DNA from: Lingula anatina
Taxonomy: Eukaryota > Animalia > Brachiopoda
Direction: 5' to 3'
Assembly (NCBI GenBank): GCA_051362555.1
Contig: CM120647.1
Location: forward strand, 8,680,001-8,744,000
Length of the DNA: 64,000 nt
The position numbers and the translations under genes were made by a program. Positions 61,162 to 64,000 of the stretch are shown here, in pieces. The notes below the pieces were generated by a model, which saw only the letters and a list, made by a program, of their open reading frames with translations, was not told where the DNA came from and searched no databases. The number at the start of each line of letters is the position of its first letter. Position 1 is the stretch's first letter.

Positions 61162-64000
61162 CAGCTAATACAGATATGCGTATAGTCTATTGGGTGTGGG
61201 AAAGTTTAAGGTGTAGCATTCTACGTGTTTCAGACCAATTCCCACTTTACACATGGGTTTATCTTTATATAAACTAAAGCAGACCAAGTTTTGACTGAAA
61301 AAAATTAGACCAAGCAACTATGAGGCTTATGTTATTTTTGTGAAAATGGCCCCATGCATGGCAGTTGGAGATATAAGATATCTTTATATCAGGCACCTGA
61401 CTGCTTTGTCAAGTCTGAAGGCCAAAAAGGTGATCTTGATGTTTAATAGCAGGTAAACATCATATTATTTTCAAGGAATAGGTAACTTATAAAATACTTG
61501 TACATCTTTGTGCAGCAGCTGCAGGGTTTTAATAATAGTATATGCCTTCTCTTATGTCAGTGCGATTTTCACATGGAAGTACATGTGCATGTGTGCATCA
61601 GTGCATATATCAGCGGGCGATGTCGATGAGCCAGAAACAACAGAAATGCCGTCCAGTTCCAAAATCAGAATAGTTGCTTTATTGAATTTCACTTAGATTT
61701 TTATTACTGATTAATAGTCAAAATAACATTGTTTCATGTTTATTTCTTTGACTTTCCACTGAGAAACTCTGGAAGATAACTTTCACACACACCTAATGCA
61801 TGCCAGCACATCTTCAATTTTTGACTTCATTCAAGTATGTGTGAATAGAATACTTCCACAGTCCCTCAGCTTTACACCTAAATAACCTTATCATAATTAA
61901 TCTCCTGCTCAAATAAGTTTTGCGCCTCAAAACTTTCACAATTTAAATTAAATAATCTATTTCCAATAAAATTCTATATCATAACAATTAAACCATTTAT
62001 TTAAAATCATACTTAATTAAAAAAAAATACCCAAACATTATTTAATCATATCATATTCTGTTTACATGAAACTTCTCATTACTGTTATATGCACACACAC
62101 ACACAAAAAAATTGGATTAATAAAAAAATATAAAGTAACATTACATAATACTCATTCCCTCCAGCAAATCATAATTAACATTAACATAACTAACATTAAC
62201 ATAATTAACATAACATATCTTAGTTGTATTAATTGGCTATGTACTTCTAATTAATACTCCTTCAGTCCTTTAATACATATCTCTAAAAAAATTAACACTA
62301 TTTAATCAATTATGATTACTTCCATCTTGTAATCATTATCTTATTTTAAGATAAAATTTATAATCCATTAAAATATGTTTAAGCATACATATATATATTG
62401 TTTATATTAATAAGTTGTCATTCAGTCAATATTTCAGCACAAATAATCATTTAATGTTCATGTAGTATGAAGCAACATAACATTTTCACTTAATAAAAAA
62501 TGTTAATCATTTGCTTACTTATATATCCATATCAGTATCATACAATAAAACTATCATTTAAACTACTCAATTTATTAGTAACACTTAAGTATCTTCAGTT
62601 CATTCTGTTAAATTGTACCATTTAATATATATTATCCGTTACTGATCAAGGATATTTACTCTTCAACTAATAACACTCACTTCCCATTTCAATAACATTT
62701 TTATGATTCCTGTTACAAACAAACCAAAAAAAAATGAAAATTATATATATATACAAGTGAAAATACATGCAAAAATATGTGGGTAAATAAAGAAAAATGT
62801 TAGTTATAACATTGATAAGCTCATTAAGTTCTATTTAAACTGAATAATAAATTTATAATTCCTTAACATGACATTAAAACAATATGGCACAATTAAATTT
62901 GACTTAATGTAATATATATTTATTACAAACAAAAGCTAGGCACAACAAAACAAGTGCAGATGAAGCAAGTATTTGAGTAAACCATCCTCCTTTTGTTTAT
63001 TTACATTAAAACAATCTAATATTGGCACAATGCTAATTTCTCTCCTCTCTTAAAAAAAATATTTATTCAATGATAAACCAGAAATTGATCATGCAGAAAA
63101 ATGATTCTGACATCAAAATTTTCTTGGAATATTTTCATTATTTTAAAGTATTTCCAGCAGTTTATTTGAAACTAAATGGTAAGATAAGAGCTTTTTTTTT
63201 TTTTTTTGTTGACTTGATTGATAATTTTTATATCTCCCCATTCAAAAATTAATTGTTGGAAAAACTCCCATGGTGAGATAAACACTTGTCAATATGGTTT
63301 CATATGTGACATTGTAATTGTTTGGCCAAAACGTTTTGATGGGCAAAATAATGAACTGCTATTCTATAGTCAATTCAATAGCAAGACAATTCTTTGAACT
63401 TTTCTTCCTTTTACATACCCCAATCAAGATGGCAATAAGTAAAATAATAACAATGCATGATGCTATATTTAATAAGTTTTCATGTTTGACTATTCCATTC
63501 AAACCAAGTTGATGTTGGCATTAGTAAAAACAAAACATGGATTTGCTTTGACCTTTTGAATTGCCAGTACAGTTGTTGATAAAACTTTCACTTCGTAACC
63601 TACTGCTTATGAAAACAAAATTGTCATTCTTTCCATAATTAAAGCTATGTAGGTTAAAGTTTCATTAAAGTTATTACCTCTGGTAATTCAATATCTCCTG
63701 TTAATAAAAATTCACTCAAAGACTTAAAAATAATGTGTTTCTTTTCCCTTGCCTCTGCCAATGTACCAAGCCTTAAACTTATTTGTGAATCATTGGCTAA
63801 AAATTCTCTAAATTAATGTGACATAGTGAATCCCATGATCCACTTTATCCACTTGAGTTTCAATTGTATCTCCACATCTTTATAATATCAAGAAAACAAA
63901 TATTTAATCCAGATCTACTCCTTATCTAGACCAGCTAAAAATAAGGTTAACGTTATTTCAATCCAGAAAAAATAGATATCCTCCTAACAATAATAATAGA

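Overview
This is AT-rich, intron-containing animal genomic DNA from an invertebrate bilaterian; the repeat types and one secreted peptide suggest a lophotrochozoan, possibly a mollusc (inference). Manual splice-aware reading gives five genes or gene parts. (1) The last coding exon and a ~2.7 kb 3' UTR of a CLK/Doa LAMMER kinase (+). (2) A 3-exon secreted prokineticin/AVIT-colipase-fold peptide gene (-, 6613-7391) that the ORF track misses. (3) A complete 8-exon SLC43-family transporter (-, 12129-18878, ~546 aa). (4) An 18-coding-exon ADCY3-like transmembrane adenylyl cyclase (-, 22046-39228, ~1056 aa). (5) The probable promoter and first exon(s) of an unidentified + strand gene (from 52708). 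The remainder is rich in palindromic MITEs, a LINE 3' fragment, a Helentron/HINE-like tandem-repeat element and microsatellites. The most unusual features are a repeat-spacer-like array of seven conserved 16-bp CTCF-like cores just before the CLK poly(A) signal, the hidden AVTI-prokineticin-like gene with three KR sites, a cluster of three tRNA-derived heads, and forskolin-pocket substitutions in the cyclase. Most short ORFs in the track are spurious. All coordinates were read by hand and no database searches were run.
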